The notes under the pieces are model-generated. The model was not told the DNA's origin. It ran no database searches and saw only the letters and a program-made list of their open reading frames with translations. A stretch of 64,000 nt of DNA from Eledone cirrhosa. Its lineage: Eukaryota. The translations under genes were made by a program, and so were the position numbers. The stretch spans positions 157,046,001 to 157,110,000 of the forward strand of contig OZ024741.1 of NCBI GenBank assembly GCA_964016885.1. Direction: 5' to 3'. Of the stretch, positions 1-12,449 are shown piece after piece; the first letter of the stretch is position 1, and every line of letters begins with the position of its first letter.

Positions 1-67
1 AGTTGGAATTCCTCTTATTAATATAATCTTCTATACACAATCATACACACCCGTGTATATTTACCTA

Positions 68-134
<67 letters not shown>

Positions 135-139
<5 letters not shown>

Positions 140-318
140 TGACCCCGACGGCAGAGCTCAAGCCGTTTTGACGGCTATTTCTGAAATAGCCGTCGAAACA
201 GCTTGAGCTCTGCCGTCGGGGTAAAACATTTTCCTATTACCCACTCTACTACCCTAAGTATTGAGTACTCTGGTGCGTTATGGTCCATATGGTTCCTTAC
301 CACACATCCTTCGTTTTA
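135..318. mobile_element. Short fold-back element (47-bp arms) with Penelope-like 3' tail, flanked by (TA)n
   Basis: 135-181 is the near-perfect reverse complement of 183-229. The tail contains TTGAGTACTC and runs into TA repeats. A rearranged relative lies at 9810-9922. Confidence 0.6.
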
Positions 319-1079
319 TATATATATATATTGATATATAGTAAGACTTAACAAAAGCAAGAACACTCAACAATATCATTTTATCTGCTTTTCATGCTGA
401 CAAGGTTTGGACACTCAATACACTATAATCCACAAATAGCATGTCTTGTCCTTAAACATGTATGTATGCATGTATGTAAGCATGAATGCAAGCATGCAAG
501 TATGTATGCATACATGCATGTATGTATGTATACATGCATGCATGTTTGTATGTATATATGTACACATATATATGTACACATATATATGCATGTAAATGTA
601 TGTATGTATGTACACACATATATATGCATGTAAGTATGTATGTTGTGTGTGTATGTATGTTTGACTGTACAAACAAAAGAAAAACTACTCAATATATATG
701 TATAGTTGTATTCACTTATTTTTTCAGAGCTGGTCTGTAATTACACTGGATTTCTCATATTTGTTTCTTGACAAGCAAGAAACACTACTCAGAGTCCATT
801 TTATATATTTGAATTATACTGGGAAATATTTTGGTATTGTTGTTGTTGTTACTGCTGTTTAATCCCAAATCAGCTTTGAATGATCAGTATGTATGATAAA
901 TGGTGTCCTATCTGCAATGATACTTCCATTTTGTATATCTAGAACAGGACTTGGGAAATCTCTGATTCTCTACCCTGTTTCTTAGGCATTTTGAAATTTT
1001 TATAATTTATTTATTATTTATTTACTATTAGTTACTTTCTTCCATTTACTCATTATTTCATTGTTTCTCTGCTAGTATT

Positions 1080-1315
1080 TTCATTGCTAAATATCAAGCT
1101 GCTTCCGGCAATTTTAGGTGTCTAGCATCTTTTATATAGGTCTTGCTGTGCAGAACATATAAGCAGCCTGTAGAGTCAAGATATTCTCCTCTGTATCCAA
1201 GATCTTCAACCAACCATTCAAACTTCTAGCCACTGCCCCTTAAGGATTCTAATATGATTGAAATAATAACAATTTTATGGTAATTCCAGATTCTTTGCAT
1301 TTCATATTTGAGTGT
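1080..1315 (-). mobile_element. Degenerate 3' remnant of an RLE-type (R4/Dong-like) non-LTR retrotransposon
   Basis: The minus strand reads approximately LKYEMQRIWNYHKIVIISIIL, resembling the C-terminus seen at 3355-3618. Confidence 0.45.
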
Positions 1316-1340
1316 TAGCTAACATTGGTTAGCCAACAGA

Positions 1341-1359
1341 CTTCTTCTTCTTCTTCTTC

Positions 1360-1422
<63 letters not shown>

Positions 1423-1458
1423 TTCTTCTTCTAATTATTATTATTATTATTATTATTG
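1341..1458. repeat. (CTT)n/(TTA)n microsatellite
   Basis: Direct inspection. Confidence 0.95.
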
Positions 1459-1674
1459 GCATCTTAAATGCTGTCTGCCTGGCAAAGGAAGCTGTATGGT
1501 GGACTTGCCTAACAGGATAGAGGACAGGTATCTTCCTTTTTGGCCAAATACTCATCAACTCCTTTTTTTCTACTTAAGGAGGAACATGAGGGTAGAGAAG
1601 TAGGTGCAGCATTCTAGTGTGTTTTATGAAAGCTGGGTGAAAGCAACAAGATTGACGAGATTGAATAGGCCAGC

Positions 1675-2050
1675 TCTGAGTTACCATAGCTGAGCAATGA
1701 ACACTTACCACTGGCTCTCACCCAGCTGCCATTGTGTGTTACCATAGTTGAGCAGTGAAAACATACCACTGGCTCTCACCCAGCTGCCATTATGTGTTAC
1801 CATAGTTGAGCAGTGAAAACATACCACTGAGTCTCACCCAGCAGTCAGAAAGTGTTACCATAATTGAACAGAGAAAACATACCACTGACACTCACCCAGC
1901 AGTCAGTCAGTGTTACCATAGCTGAGCAGTGAAAACATACCACTGATTCCCACCCAGCAGTCAGTAAAAACATACCACTAACTCTCACCCAACAGTCAGT
2001 CTGTGTTACCATTGCTGACCAGTAAAAACATACCACTGACTCTCAGCAGT
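1675..2050. repeat. 58-bp minisatellite, ~6 copies
   Basis: GTTACCAT recurs at 1680, 1738, 1796, 1854, 1912 (58-bp period) and at 2005 after a truncated unit. Confidence 0.9.
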
Positions 2051-2408
2051 ATATTTATCAGTGTTGCCTGGATACTCAGGCTGGCTTTAAAACCCAGCCC
2101 ACTTCCGCTGCTTCCTACACTTTTCCTTCTTACAATAAACTAATATTTCAATTTTCATCTGCTGCTGTGCAGATAACATGCTTGATTCCAGTTCCTCAGA
2201 TATAGAGATATAGAATTATTTATGATGTCCTACTCTAAAACTATTTTATCATGATTTTTATATATCATATTTTTGACATACAGTGGTGGGTGGATATTAT
2301 AATTAATATTCTTTTGATTTTTTTTCTTTTCCTTATCAGAATGCGGAAATATAAATCAGTTCTAAATACAACCACCACCATTACCATCACTTTGCTACCT
2401 ACCCAGAT

Positions 2409-2474
<66 letters not shown>

Positions 2475-2594
2475 ATGCACCTTATTTCATTTTTACTTGA
2501 TAGCATGTTATTATCCTTTATTAATCTATATTTTGATTACATTTAGCTTTTCATGGAATTCTTTCACTCTTTTGTTATTATTAATATTACTAGG

Positions 2595-2805
2595 GCAGTG
2601 GATTGTCAGTATCAGTCAAAATATCTCATGATATTTAGTTACAACACTTTACATTCTGAATTCAAATCCTATCATGGTCAACTTTGCTTTTTATTCTTCT
2701 AGACTTGATAAAATAAAATACCAATCAAGTACTGGCATTGATTGAATTTATTTCCCCTTCCCCCAAATTGTTGGTTTTGTGCCTAAATCAAAAATCGTTA
2801 TTACT
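2595..2805 (+). mobile_element. Degenerate tRNA-derived SINE (family A)
   Basis: GGATTGTCAGTATC ... CTGAATTCAAATCC ... ACTTTGCTTT ... GATAAAATAAAATACCA matches the intact copy at 52692-52879. Confidence 0.7.
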
Positions 2806-3349
2806 ATTTGTGGCCCGGAGTTTTCCTTAGGACATACAGAAACACAAAATCAAACACTCAAGAGGTGGGATCCACACCTGTTGACAGACTTGCACTTAAA
2901 ATTCCTGCATTTTCAGTCAAAACTGTTAGTGTTGTGACATCTCTCTCTACCTATTTATCTATCTTTAAAACACACACACACACTCTCTCACTGTATTTCT
3001 CTCTCAATAACAACAACCTGCTGTTTTTTTCTTGGAACAAATTCTAATTCTATCTATCTTTCTCACCCACCCCACCCCCTCTCTCACTGTATTTTTCTCT
3101 CTTTTTTTTAAAGTCTGTGTTGTGTTGTCTATATGATGAAGTACATACAGAAATACAACACACAGAAATATACACACATACAGAAACACACAGAGAGGGG
3201 GAGGTGGAGTAAGTGAGAGTTTGAGTAGTATTTCCCGCCCTCTATATAGACAGCAGGATGGATGCACTGACAGTCACGGCTCTGCCAAAAGTAGAAACAA
3301 TTATTATTTTATGTTCTTTTGCTCAGATTCTAATGCTGGAGATGTATTA

Positions 3350-4222
3350 TAGTGTCAGCCATTCACTGCCAGTAAACTGAGGTAACACCTCTTATTTTTC
3401 AAGCACCCCCTGGAAGATTCAAGCTGTTTCAAGCAGAGCTCCACCTGTATTGTAACCCCTATCTGTGCAATGTACTTCATAAGAGCTTTACTTTCTCTTC
3501 CTAAGGCTTCAGTTATTATTGGTATTACTACCACCTTTTTCAGTGTCCACAACTGCTTAAATTCATAAGCTAACCTATCAACGTTTTGCCCCTTCTTTAT
3601 AGCATACCTTATTATCAACTACATCTATGATCAAACACTGTGTCACAAAGTACCAAAGGATTGCTGAATTATCATTTTTGATAACACACTCGAGTTTATG
3701 TTTATACCACTTTTCTCCTCTGTCAAGACAATATTTGCCACAAAGTGCCCAATGGACTATCCTTGCTGTGTTATCTGCCTTATAGCTTTTCCATTCCCAC
3801 CACTAATTCTGCACTTATCACTTTCTGCTGTGATCTACTCTATGTTTGATGTAATTGGTTCTTAGTGCTAGCTCTTGAGCAGCACAGATTAAGGCTTCTG
3901 TTTCCAGTTTTCAATCACTTTTAACCATTTCTAACCACCTTTTTTTTCTCTCTCTCTGTTACATATATAAGGAGTGAATTGCTTATATGTTGATAGCTTC
4001 AATCTTATTCCATTCATTCAGTTTCAGCTTCAGGACAAACTTCAGTTTGTGCAAGTATTCCACCTTCAGTTTTTCTTTCATTTCTTCCACCATTACTTTA
4101 TCCATTTCCAATAAACCCAAATAACTATAACATGCCTCTTCTATTAGCTTCAATACCTTCCTCAGTGGCAGGAACAACCTATCCATGCATTTAATTTTCC
4201 CTCTGTTCAAGACTGACACACT
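3350..4222 (-). mobile_element. RLE-type (R4/Dong/NeSL-like) non-LTR retrotransposon fragment, pseudogenised
   Basis: ORF pieces YEFKQLWTLKKVVVIPIITEALG and CYSYLGLLEMDKVMVEEMKEKLKVEY...NKIEAINI are typical of this class. Confidence 0.7.
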
Positions 4223-4429
4223 ACATTTTAGGGTCCTTTATATTCTGAGTTCAAATCCTGCCATGGTTAGCATTGCCTTTCATCCTTACAGGTTTGATAA
4301 AATAGAGTACCAGTAATTTACTGGTGTCAATTCAATTGACCCTTCAGACTGCTGGACTTGTGACAAATTTAGAAACAATTATTATGAAACTAAGATGGAC
4401 ATAATTCAACATGACAAACAAAGTAAAAC

Positions 4430-5170
4430 AGGCCAACCAACCAACCAGACAGCCAACCAACCAGTCAGACAACCAACCAACCAGCAAACCAACAAGCAAA
4501 CGAACCAGCAAACCAACCAACCAGCCAACCAACCAGCAAACCAACCAACCAACCAACCAACCAACCAACCAACCAACCAGCCAACCAGCCAACCAGCCAA
4601 CCCACCAACCAACTAGCCACCCAGCCAATTATCCAACTAGCAAACCAGCCAGCCAACCAACTAGCTAGCCAAACAAACCAATTATCCAACCACTCAACCA
4701 ACCAGCCAACCAGCTAACCATCATCCAGCCAGCCAACCAGCTAGCCAAACAAACCAATTATCCAACCAGCCAACCAACCAGCCAACCAACCAGCCAGCCA
4801 ACCAGCCAACCAATCAACCAACCAACCAGCCAACCAACCAGCCAACCAACCAGCCAGCCAATCAACCAACCAGCACCAGCCAGCCAACCAGTCAACCAAT
4901 CAACCAGCCAGCAACCAGCCAGCCAACCAGACAACCAATCAACCAACCAGCTAGCAAATCAACCAATCAGCCAGCCAACCAGCCAGCTAGCCAACCAGCC
5001 AACCGACCACCCAACCAACCAATCAGCCAACCAGCCATCTAACCAGCTAATTATCGAACTAGCAAACCAGCCAACCGACCAGCCAACCAACTAACCAACC
5101 TGCCAACTATCCAACCTGCCAACTATCCAGCCTGCCAACTATCCAGCCTGCCAACCGAACAGCCAACCAA
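4430..5170. repeat. (CCAA/CCAG)n degenerate tetranucleotide repeat
   Basis: Direct inspection; explains the WLVG/NQPT ORFs. Confidence 0.95.
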
Positions 5171-6309
5171 ATGACCATCAGAAGTAATAAATTACAATAG
5201 AAATATCTTCCATTTTCAGTTTCAAAATGGATATCTGGAAAATGAAAAAAATAAGCAAATAACAAAATCCATTTTTTCAATATAATAGGTTAGAGATGCC
5301 AGGATATTGCTGCTTTTAATTTTTTGTTTTGTTTTGTTTTGTTTTTGAATGTTACAACAGCAGAACATGGTTTTTAAATAGATTTATATTTTTGTCATAA
5401 TCAGTTTCCAACATGTCTGCCATCATTATGTATGTAAACTGTAATATGTGCACTGCACATATAATAGCTGTCTACCAGAATAGGTACTGCAACACTGACC
5501 TGCCCATAACATTAGTATAAGCACTGTGGTATGGGCCACCCATCAGTATAAACACTGCAACACTGACCTGTTTATTCCACTAGTACAATACTGTGACACT
5601 CCCCTGTCTACTCATGCAAACACTGCGATGCTCACCTCCCTACTAGTACTGTGGCATGGGCCACCAGTCAATACAAACATTACAACACTGGCCCGTCCAT
5701 CAGTACAAGCACTGGTGAGAGACTGGAGGCTAGTGTTTGACAACTGAATGAAGACGATATAGGATTTGAGAGGACTCTTCAGTATGTCCTAGCATATATA
5801 AACTTCTCTAGTGCTGGTGCCATAGTAAAATGCACCCAGTCTGCTCTGTAAAGTGTTAGTTTTTAGTGTAAAAAAATCAATGTACCCAATATACCCTGTA
5901 AGGTGATTGGTGTTAGAAAGGGCATCCAGCTGTAGGAATCATGCCAAATATGGAATGTAATGAGCAAGATTGGTTCCTCTGACCTGTCTAGTCTTGGACT
6001 ATGATAACCTGTCCAACCCATGCCTAACCTATTTTCGATGTTATTATTTCAAGTTTCTGTCTCCATATGATACAAGAATCCATAATTTTACTCTGCTTGT
6101 TTGTAGGCAAGATTTCAAAGTGCCTATGATGTCTGATTCCTTACTTCATTAATGGGATCTGAAAGACATTATATACCATTCAATATACCATTCAATATTC
6201 CACTTCTCCTTGACATTTGTGTCAAGATATTCCAGCATTAATACCAGTAAACAACTTGACCTTCCCTATGTTAAATACTTTTAAAAAATGTTTATTTTTA
6301 TATTCACTG

Positions 6310-6960
6310 CACAGAGGACTCTACATGTGAATCGAGTTCCACTAAAGCAGGTAGAGAAGTTCAAATATCTTGGGGCTATGTTCACAAGTGATGGAAGGCA
6401 AGAGGCTGAATTAAGTGCAAGAATTGCAGGAGCTGGTACAGTAATCAGAAGAAGGGAGATAGGTATAAAAGCCAAACTCACCATCTTCAAATCAGTATTC
6501 GTGCCAACCCTTACCTATGGCCATGAATCTTGTGTAATGATAGCCAAAAGAATGCAATCATGAATACAAGCAGCTGAAATGGCGTTGCTCTGAAGTTTCT
6601 TTTGAGTAACATTACTTGATAAAGTGCATAGCTCGCAGATCAGAAAGACTTTCCATGTAGAGCCACTACTTCTCCAAATTAAGAGATCACAGCTCCGATA
6701 CTATGGGCATGTGGTTAGAATGTCTCAGGGAAGAATCACTGGACAGATTCTATGGGCAAAACCAACTGGCAAGAACCCAGGAGTAGACTGCAAGCAAGAT
6801 AGTTGAATAACATCCATGAGCTTGGCTGGTCTCACTTGGGGATCCAACCGGATTAACTGTAGATGGTTGCTTCTGACAGGACCCACTGGAAGGAGTGTTT
6901 AAGGACTATGCCCCCAAGACCCTCCCAGGAATAAATGGACAAAAAAGAAGAACAAAAAGA
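6310..6960 (+). mobile_element. RTE-clade LINE 3' fragment (degenerate)
   Basis: LKQVEKFKYLG...PTLTYGHES and QLRYYGHVVRM motifs, with stop codons. Confidence 0.85.
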
Positions 6961-7340
6961 AGATATTCATGGCTTACTAGCTCTATACGGACATTTAAAT
7001 TGATTAAATAAATAAATAAATAAATGGATAAATAATAAAGCAGCTCTATCTTTTCAAATTGATTCAATGGTGGATCCTTATAATATTTATTGCCTCTCAA
7101 ATCCTCAGTTATTGCCATTGTATATAGTTCAGTGATGGCCTGGGTGGTAGAAGTCTATTTCGCTAATACTCACATGAATATATTAATAAATTATTTATAT
7201 ATTATATATTTATATATATATATACAAATATATATATATACAAATACATAAAAAAATATATATCATATTATACATTTGTTGGTAATGTAGTTTACAGAGT
7301 GCTGATTATGGAATATAAGAATATAGTAATATAAAAATAT

Positions 7341-7428
7341 AATTGTTTCTACTTTTGGCACAAGGCCAGCAATTACCCAGTGTATTACTGGTACTTTATT
7401 TTATCGACCCCGTAAGGATGAAAGCCAA
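7341..7428 (-). mobile_element. 5'-truncated SINE family A with TSD
   Basis: 3' part of the SINE, flanked on both sides by AGTAATATAAAAATATAAT. Confidence 0.8.
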
Positions 7429-7568
7429 AGTAATATAAAAATATAATGATGAGGGAATAGACATGAACGGACACACACAAACACACAAGCACACACATAG
7501 AACTCACACACGTGCACATATTTATATATTTATATAAACAGACATATACATATATATATATATATATA

Positions 7569-7668
7569 CAGGGTGTCCCCAAAATATGTATACACACTTT
7601 GATTACCTGTATAGGCAATATTTATTAGAATGCTGTTGAAGTGTGTATACATTTTTTGGGAAACCCTG
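7569..7668. mobile_element. 100-bp Tc1/mariner-type MITE
   Basis: ~30-bp TIRs CAGGGTGTCCCCAAAATATGTATACACACT / AGTGTGTATACATTTTTTGGGAAACCCTG, flanked by TA. Confidence 0.85.
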
Positions 7669-8100
7669 TATATACACAGATACATATATGCACACTCATA
7701 TACAAGTATATACACATTAAATACACAAGGGCACATAGTTGTACAGATCAGATACATGCACATACAAAATGTAGGTTCTCCTACCATGGCGATATACGTT
7801 AACATTACAGATACAAGAGAACAGATAAGAGAAAATGATACACAGATATATGACCATGTATACAACTACACATATACACACAACTCACATATGCATGCAC
7901 ATATACATACATACATATATATATATACTTAACTACATACATACATACACATGCACCAATATATGCATAAATGTATAAAATCAGTTCCTGTATGAACAAG
8001 GCATGGTCAGCTGACCAGACACTGCCCACAACAGGACAACCCGTCTAACCCATGCTAGTAAAACGGTGATGATGATGATGATGATATATATATATATATA

Positions 8101-9785
8101 TATTGTACGACAACTACAGGAGAAGTACCTAGCTAAAGGTAAACCCCTCTACTTAGCTTTTGTCGACTTGGAGAAAGCCTTCGACAGAGTCCCCCGTTCC
8201 ATTATCTGGTGGGCTCTTAGAAAACTAGGCGTTGACGAATGGCTTGTGAGAGCTATACAAGCCATGTATAAAGAAACAGTCAGCAAGGTTAGAATTAACA
8301 ACGAATATAGTGAAGAGTTTAGCGTAAAAGTTGGCGTCCATCAGGGCTCTGTTCTCAGCCCCCTACTATTTATTATTGCCCTTCAGGCTATAACAGAGGA
8401 GTTCAAGACCGGCTGCCCATGGGAACTCCTATACGCAGACAACCTGACACTCATAGCGAAATCAATGGCCGAGCTAGAGAAGAAATTCCAAACATGGAAG
8501 CACGGCCTAGAATCAAAAGGCCTTAAAATTAACCTGGCTAAGACTAAAGTTCTAGTTTGTAGGAAAGAAAATAAGGTGGCGGTCCCTTCTGGGAAATGGT
8601 CGTGCTCGGTGTGTAGGAAAGGCGTAGGTAGAAACTCCATTTTATGTCCTAAATGCAAAGTATGGGTGCATAAAAGATGTAGTGGGATCACAGGTAAGCT
8701 AACTAAGAACATAGATTTTACATGTGGCCGGTGCTCTGGTGCAATAAGTAGCAGCAAGTGCCCACAACATACTAGCTCTTTCAATTGCGCAGAGGGTTCT
8801 ATAGAAATAGTGGACAGTTTCCGTTACCTGGGTGATAAAATCAGCAGTGGGGGAGGGTGCTCTGAAAGTACAGTAGCTAGAGTCAGAACTGGTTGGAAAA
8901 AGTTCAGAGAGCTTATACCACTATTAGCTGCTAAAGGGTTCTCCCTAAAAATGAAAGGCAGGTTGTACGATGCCTGCATACGAACAGCAATGTTGCATGG
9001 CAGTGAGACCTGGGCATTGTGTGCAGAGGATATATGCAGACTAGAGAGGAACGAAGCTTGCATGCTTCGCTGGATGTGTAACAGTAATATACGTGAACGG
9101 CAAAGCATAAACGAACTAAGGAAAAAATTAGAAATAAGAGGGATCAGATGTTGTTTACTCGAGAGAAGGCTACGTTGGTATGGTCACGTGATGTGCATGA
9201 AAGACGACAGCTGTATAACAAAGTGCAGGGCAATAAAGATAGACGGTAGCCACGGAATAGGCAGACCTAGAAAAACCTGGGATGAGCTGATAAACTCCGA
9301 CCTCACACACTTACACCTCTCCAAGACAATGTCACTGGACCGAGACCTTTGGCGGTACCCAGTAACAGAGAAGACCCGCCTTACCTAAATACATAGTAAA
9401 ACCTACTACAGCCAGTAGGCATCTCTAACAAAATAACCCCCCCCCCCCCCCCCGTCCCACCACCCCCACCCCATCCACACCACCCCGTTCTATGTAAAGT
9501 TATGTTGGTGCCACACCATCCAGGCCGAAACAAATGAGATCGTGTAGGTGTCACGACAAAAAAACACACAGTCCACGCTGTAATGTGGCCGTGTAGGCAA
9601 CACGGTAAAAACCTCCCAGACCCACACTGTAAATGTGGTTGGTGTTAGGAAGGGCATCCAACTGTAGAAAACCTGCCAGACAGTCCTATGCGAGCAAGAC
9701 AATCACTCTTGCCTCAAGTGGGACTACCCCCGTCCAAACCCATGCAAGCGTGGAACACGGACGTTAAACGTTGATGATGATGATA
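8101..9785 (+). mobile_element. 5'-truncated RTE-clade LINE (copy 1) with long 3' UTR and (GAT)n tail
   Basis: RT ORF plus a 3' UTR shared with copies at 20165, 22058 and 30492. Confidence 0.95.
8102..9388 (+). pseudogene. Reverse transcriptase C-terminal part with PHD-like finger; catalytic YADD reads YADN
   Basis: FVDLEKAFD, GVHQGSVLSPLLF, LYADN, FRYLG, MLHGSETW, RLRWYGHV and GRPRKTW motifs. The ORF-track start lies in a microsatellite. Confidence 0.93.
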
Positions 9786-9809
9786 TATATATATATAAAT
9801 ATATATATA

Positions 9810-9922
9810 ATGAAGGAAATGTGGTAAGGAACCAGGTGGACCATAACGCACCAAAGTACTCAATACTAGTCCAGAATTAGCCGTCAAAACGGCTTGAGCT
9901 CAGCCGTCGGGGTCCCACTCGT
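9810..9922. mobile_element. Rearranged relative of the 135-318 element
   Basis: 9810-9868 is similar to the reverse complement of 255-315; 9877-9913 matches 187-222 in forward orientation. Confidence 0.65.
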
Positions 9923-10559
9923 TCCTATATATATATATATATATATATAAATATATATATATAAACATGTAAGGTAAGGAGCATACAAAGTACTTATACA
10001 TAAACATGTCAAGATATAAAAAGGGATATAAAGGAATATATAAAAATGTAAATCCTTTATAGATTATTGTAAAAAATGTACATAGAAGCATAGGTATACA
10101 AATACACGTATTTGATACATCTGCACACACATTGACATGTAAAGTGAAAAATCACAGTGTGTAAATGCATACACAAACAGAAACACCTGGGTAAATAAAG
10201 ACACTTAAGCTAACACTGGTACATATATGCCACATATTACTTTTCGGTGTCTATATTCTGTGTCTATAATATATGTAATAAATATACACACACATGATGT
10301 AAATATAGAACATAATAGAAACTAAAATAGAGAGTTAATAGAGAATATAATTGAAGATATGAAACCTGTGCTAAAATGGATAGAGGATAGATGTTAAGAA
10401 TATATAATATATGAAAAGTAACAATTTGAAAGGGGTAGAGTTAATGTAACTTTCTCTGTAATTGAGACATAATAAACAGCCAGAAGGTAAAAAAGTATTG
10501 GGTAGATTTGGAAATTATAGATTACCTTGATGAAAGTGTGAATATGTGTTGGGATTAGA

Positions 10560-10870
10560 ATTAATGTCTTGCCGCCAGAGTGCAGGCCGGTTCCCCTGAC
10601 ATGCTGCTCTCAACAACATATTGAGAAGGAGGCGGGATTCAACTGGCCTTCCATCACAACTGGAGCTAGCAGGCCTTGATCCCAGAGACAGCAAGCATCC
10701 CAATAGAATCATCCTCTTCACATTTGAAGGAGGTAGATCCCTCATCTGGGACACCACATGTTGTGACATGTTCTCCGCTTCCAACTTAGTTGCTTCAGCC
10801 ACAAACCCGGGTACCACTGCCCGCCAAGCAAAAAAAAAAAGGAACATAAACAAATACTGGGGATTGTCCG
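10560..10870 (+). mobile_element. CRE-like (RLE endonuclease) non-LTR retrotransposon C-terminal remnant
   Basis: LELAGLDPRDSKHPNRIILFTFEGGRSLIWDTTC resembles the EPxGL.RxDGKRPDG...G..L.WD.TC consensus. Confidence 0.7.
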
Positions 10871-10985
10871 GCCACTTTCTCCCTTTTCCGTTTTTTTTCT
10901 ACTTTATATTTCCTATTTTACATTCCATTCTTTCTTCTCAATCTAAATTTTCTTTTTTTTTCTTTTTCTATTAAACTGTATTTAA

Positions 10986-11206
10986 CCCTTTAGCATTTAA
11001 ACCAGCCATATCCGGCCAGAATTCTCTCACCTCTTTATATTCAAACCAGCTGTAACTGGTTGCTCATACTTATGTTAAGGTATTGTTCTCATAATAAATA
11101 ATATCAAAATCTCATAGATTCGATATTATGCGAGATAATTATGTGAGGTAAAGCGTTTAGCACAAAATTATAATAGCATGTATAGAGTAATGTAAATGCT
11201 AAAGGG
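10986..11206 (+). mobile_element. piggyBac-like MITE
   Basis: TIR CCCTTTAGCATTTA / TAAATGCTAAAGGG, with TTAA on both sides. Confidence 0.9.
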
Positions 11207-11599
11207 TTAAATGATGTAGTCCATAAATAAATAATATTTATTCCTCCTTGTTAAAAAGGAAAAAATTCAGATTAATGGAGTGTTTCAGCTGTGTCATATT
11301 CCCATATGGTGGAGATATCATTATTGTTCTAATGTAGACCATGTTGACTCTACTAAGGCTGTTATGTTTACAGGTGTCCGATCTATCTGGTGCTGCTAGG
11401 AAGAGTGCAATCTGAGAGATCCACTGACAGGGGATGATGTTCTTGGCCTTCTTTTGCCAACTCATCTATATACTTATTCCATGGGGATTTTCATCAGCCA
11501 TTAAACTGCGACCATGCATGGACACTGCTTTCAAGAGATTTGATTAATCATTTTGACTCCAGTACTTATTTTATTGAATTTGATTTTGTTGAACTACTA

Positions 11600-12449
11600 A
11601 GTAATGGGACTGGTGTCACAAACAATTTATTTCATTTCCAAATAACAAACTACATGGTTTCCCTTTCAAGTCTAATGAACTTTTCTATCCTTCTCTGACA
11701 CGCTTATATGCACTGCTAGAAGGATTCTTCTCAGATGCCTCTTAGCTGTTTCATAATGGTCCTCTTGATGGTCTCGTCGCCTTCAAAACAGGTCCTCTTG
11801 ATGACACCCTTGTGCTCGGGGAAAAGAAAAAAGTCACACTGAGCAAGATCAGGTGAATAAAGAAGTTGTTCCAGTATGGCGGTGTTCTTCTCGGCCAGGA
11901 ACTGCTGGATGCCCAGGGCGTTGTGAGCTGATCTTCCGCCTACCCAAATCTTTGGTGATAATCTTCCAAATTCTGTTGCAGTTCATGCCTAACTCACTTG
12001 CAATCAGTCAGACAGTCAGCCAATGATTGCCATGCACCTCTTGTTCCATGCGCTCAATGTTGGCCTTAGTCTTGCTTGTTGAAAGCCTCCCCCTTCTGGA
12101 GTCGTCTTACACATCCTCGCATCCCTTTAAACCTTCTGAGCCATTCGAAAATCCAAAAATCCACGAGTATAACATAATGTCATCCCTATACACCTGCTAT
12201 AGTATTGCAAGTGCTTCTGACAGAGTTTTGCCCAGCCAAACCAGAAACCTCAGGCTAGTTTGCTGATCTGTGCCCATTGCTTGATGGCCTAAAAGCACAC
12301 CAAAAAATATACAATGGCTGCAGAGAGCTGAGAATGCAGTTATATACTCCTTGGATATTATGTCACATGGTGACGCAAACCACTAATCCCTCCCCACTCA
12401 TGGCTCGCACAGCACACTAAATTATATTACTTTTCAGACATACCTAGTA
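11600..12449 (-). mobile_element. Degenerate mariner transposon
   Basis: The minus strand encodes YSPDLAQCDFFLFP...KRTCFEGDETIKR (YSPDLAP.D motif). A mariner-like end TACTAGGTATGTCTGAAAAGTAAT lies near 12425-12449. Confidence 0.85.

Noticed and set aside
394-740. YI/HT/CV-rich ORFs here and throughout (e.g. 4344-4946, 54146-56391)
   Set aside because: They are translations of microsatellites.
1675-2050. Ribozyme core in the 58-bp minisatellite (CTGAGCAGTGAAA)
   Set aside because: It lacks CUGANGA and a stem II.
8383-9108. Minus-strand ORFs overlapping the RT (also 30637-31362)
   Set aside because: They are antisense shadows of the LINE ORF.
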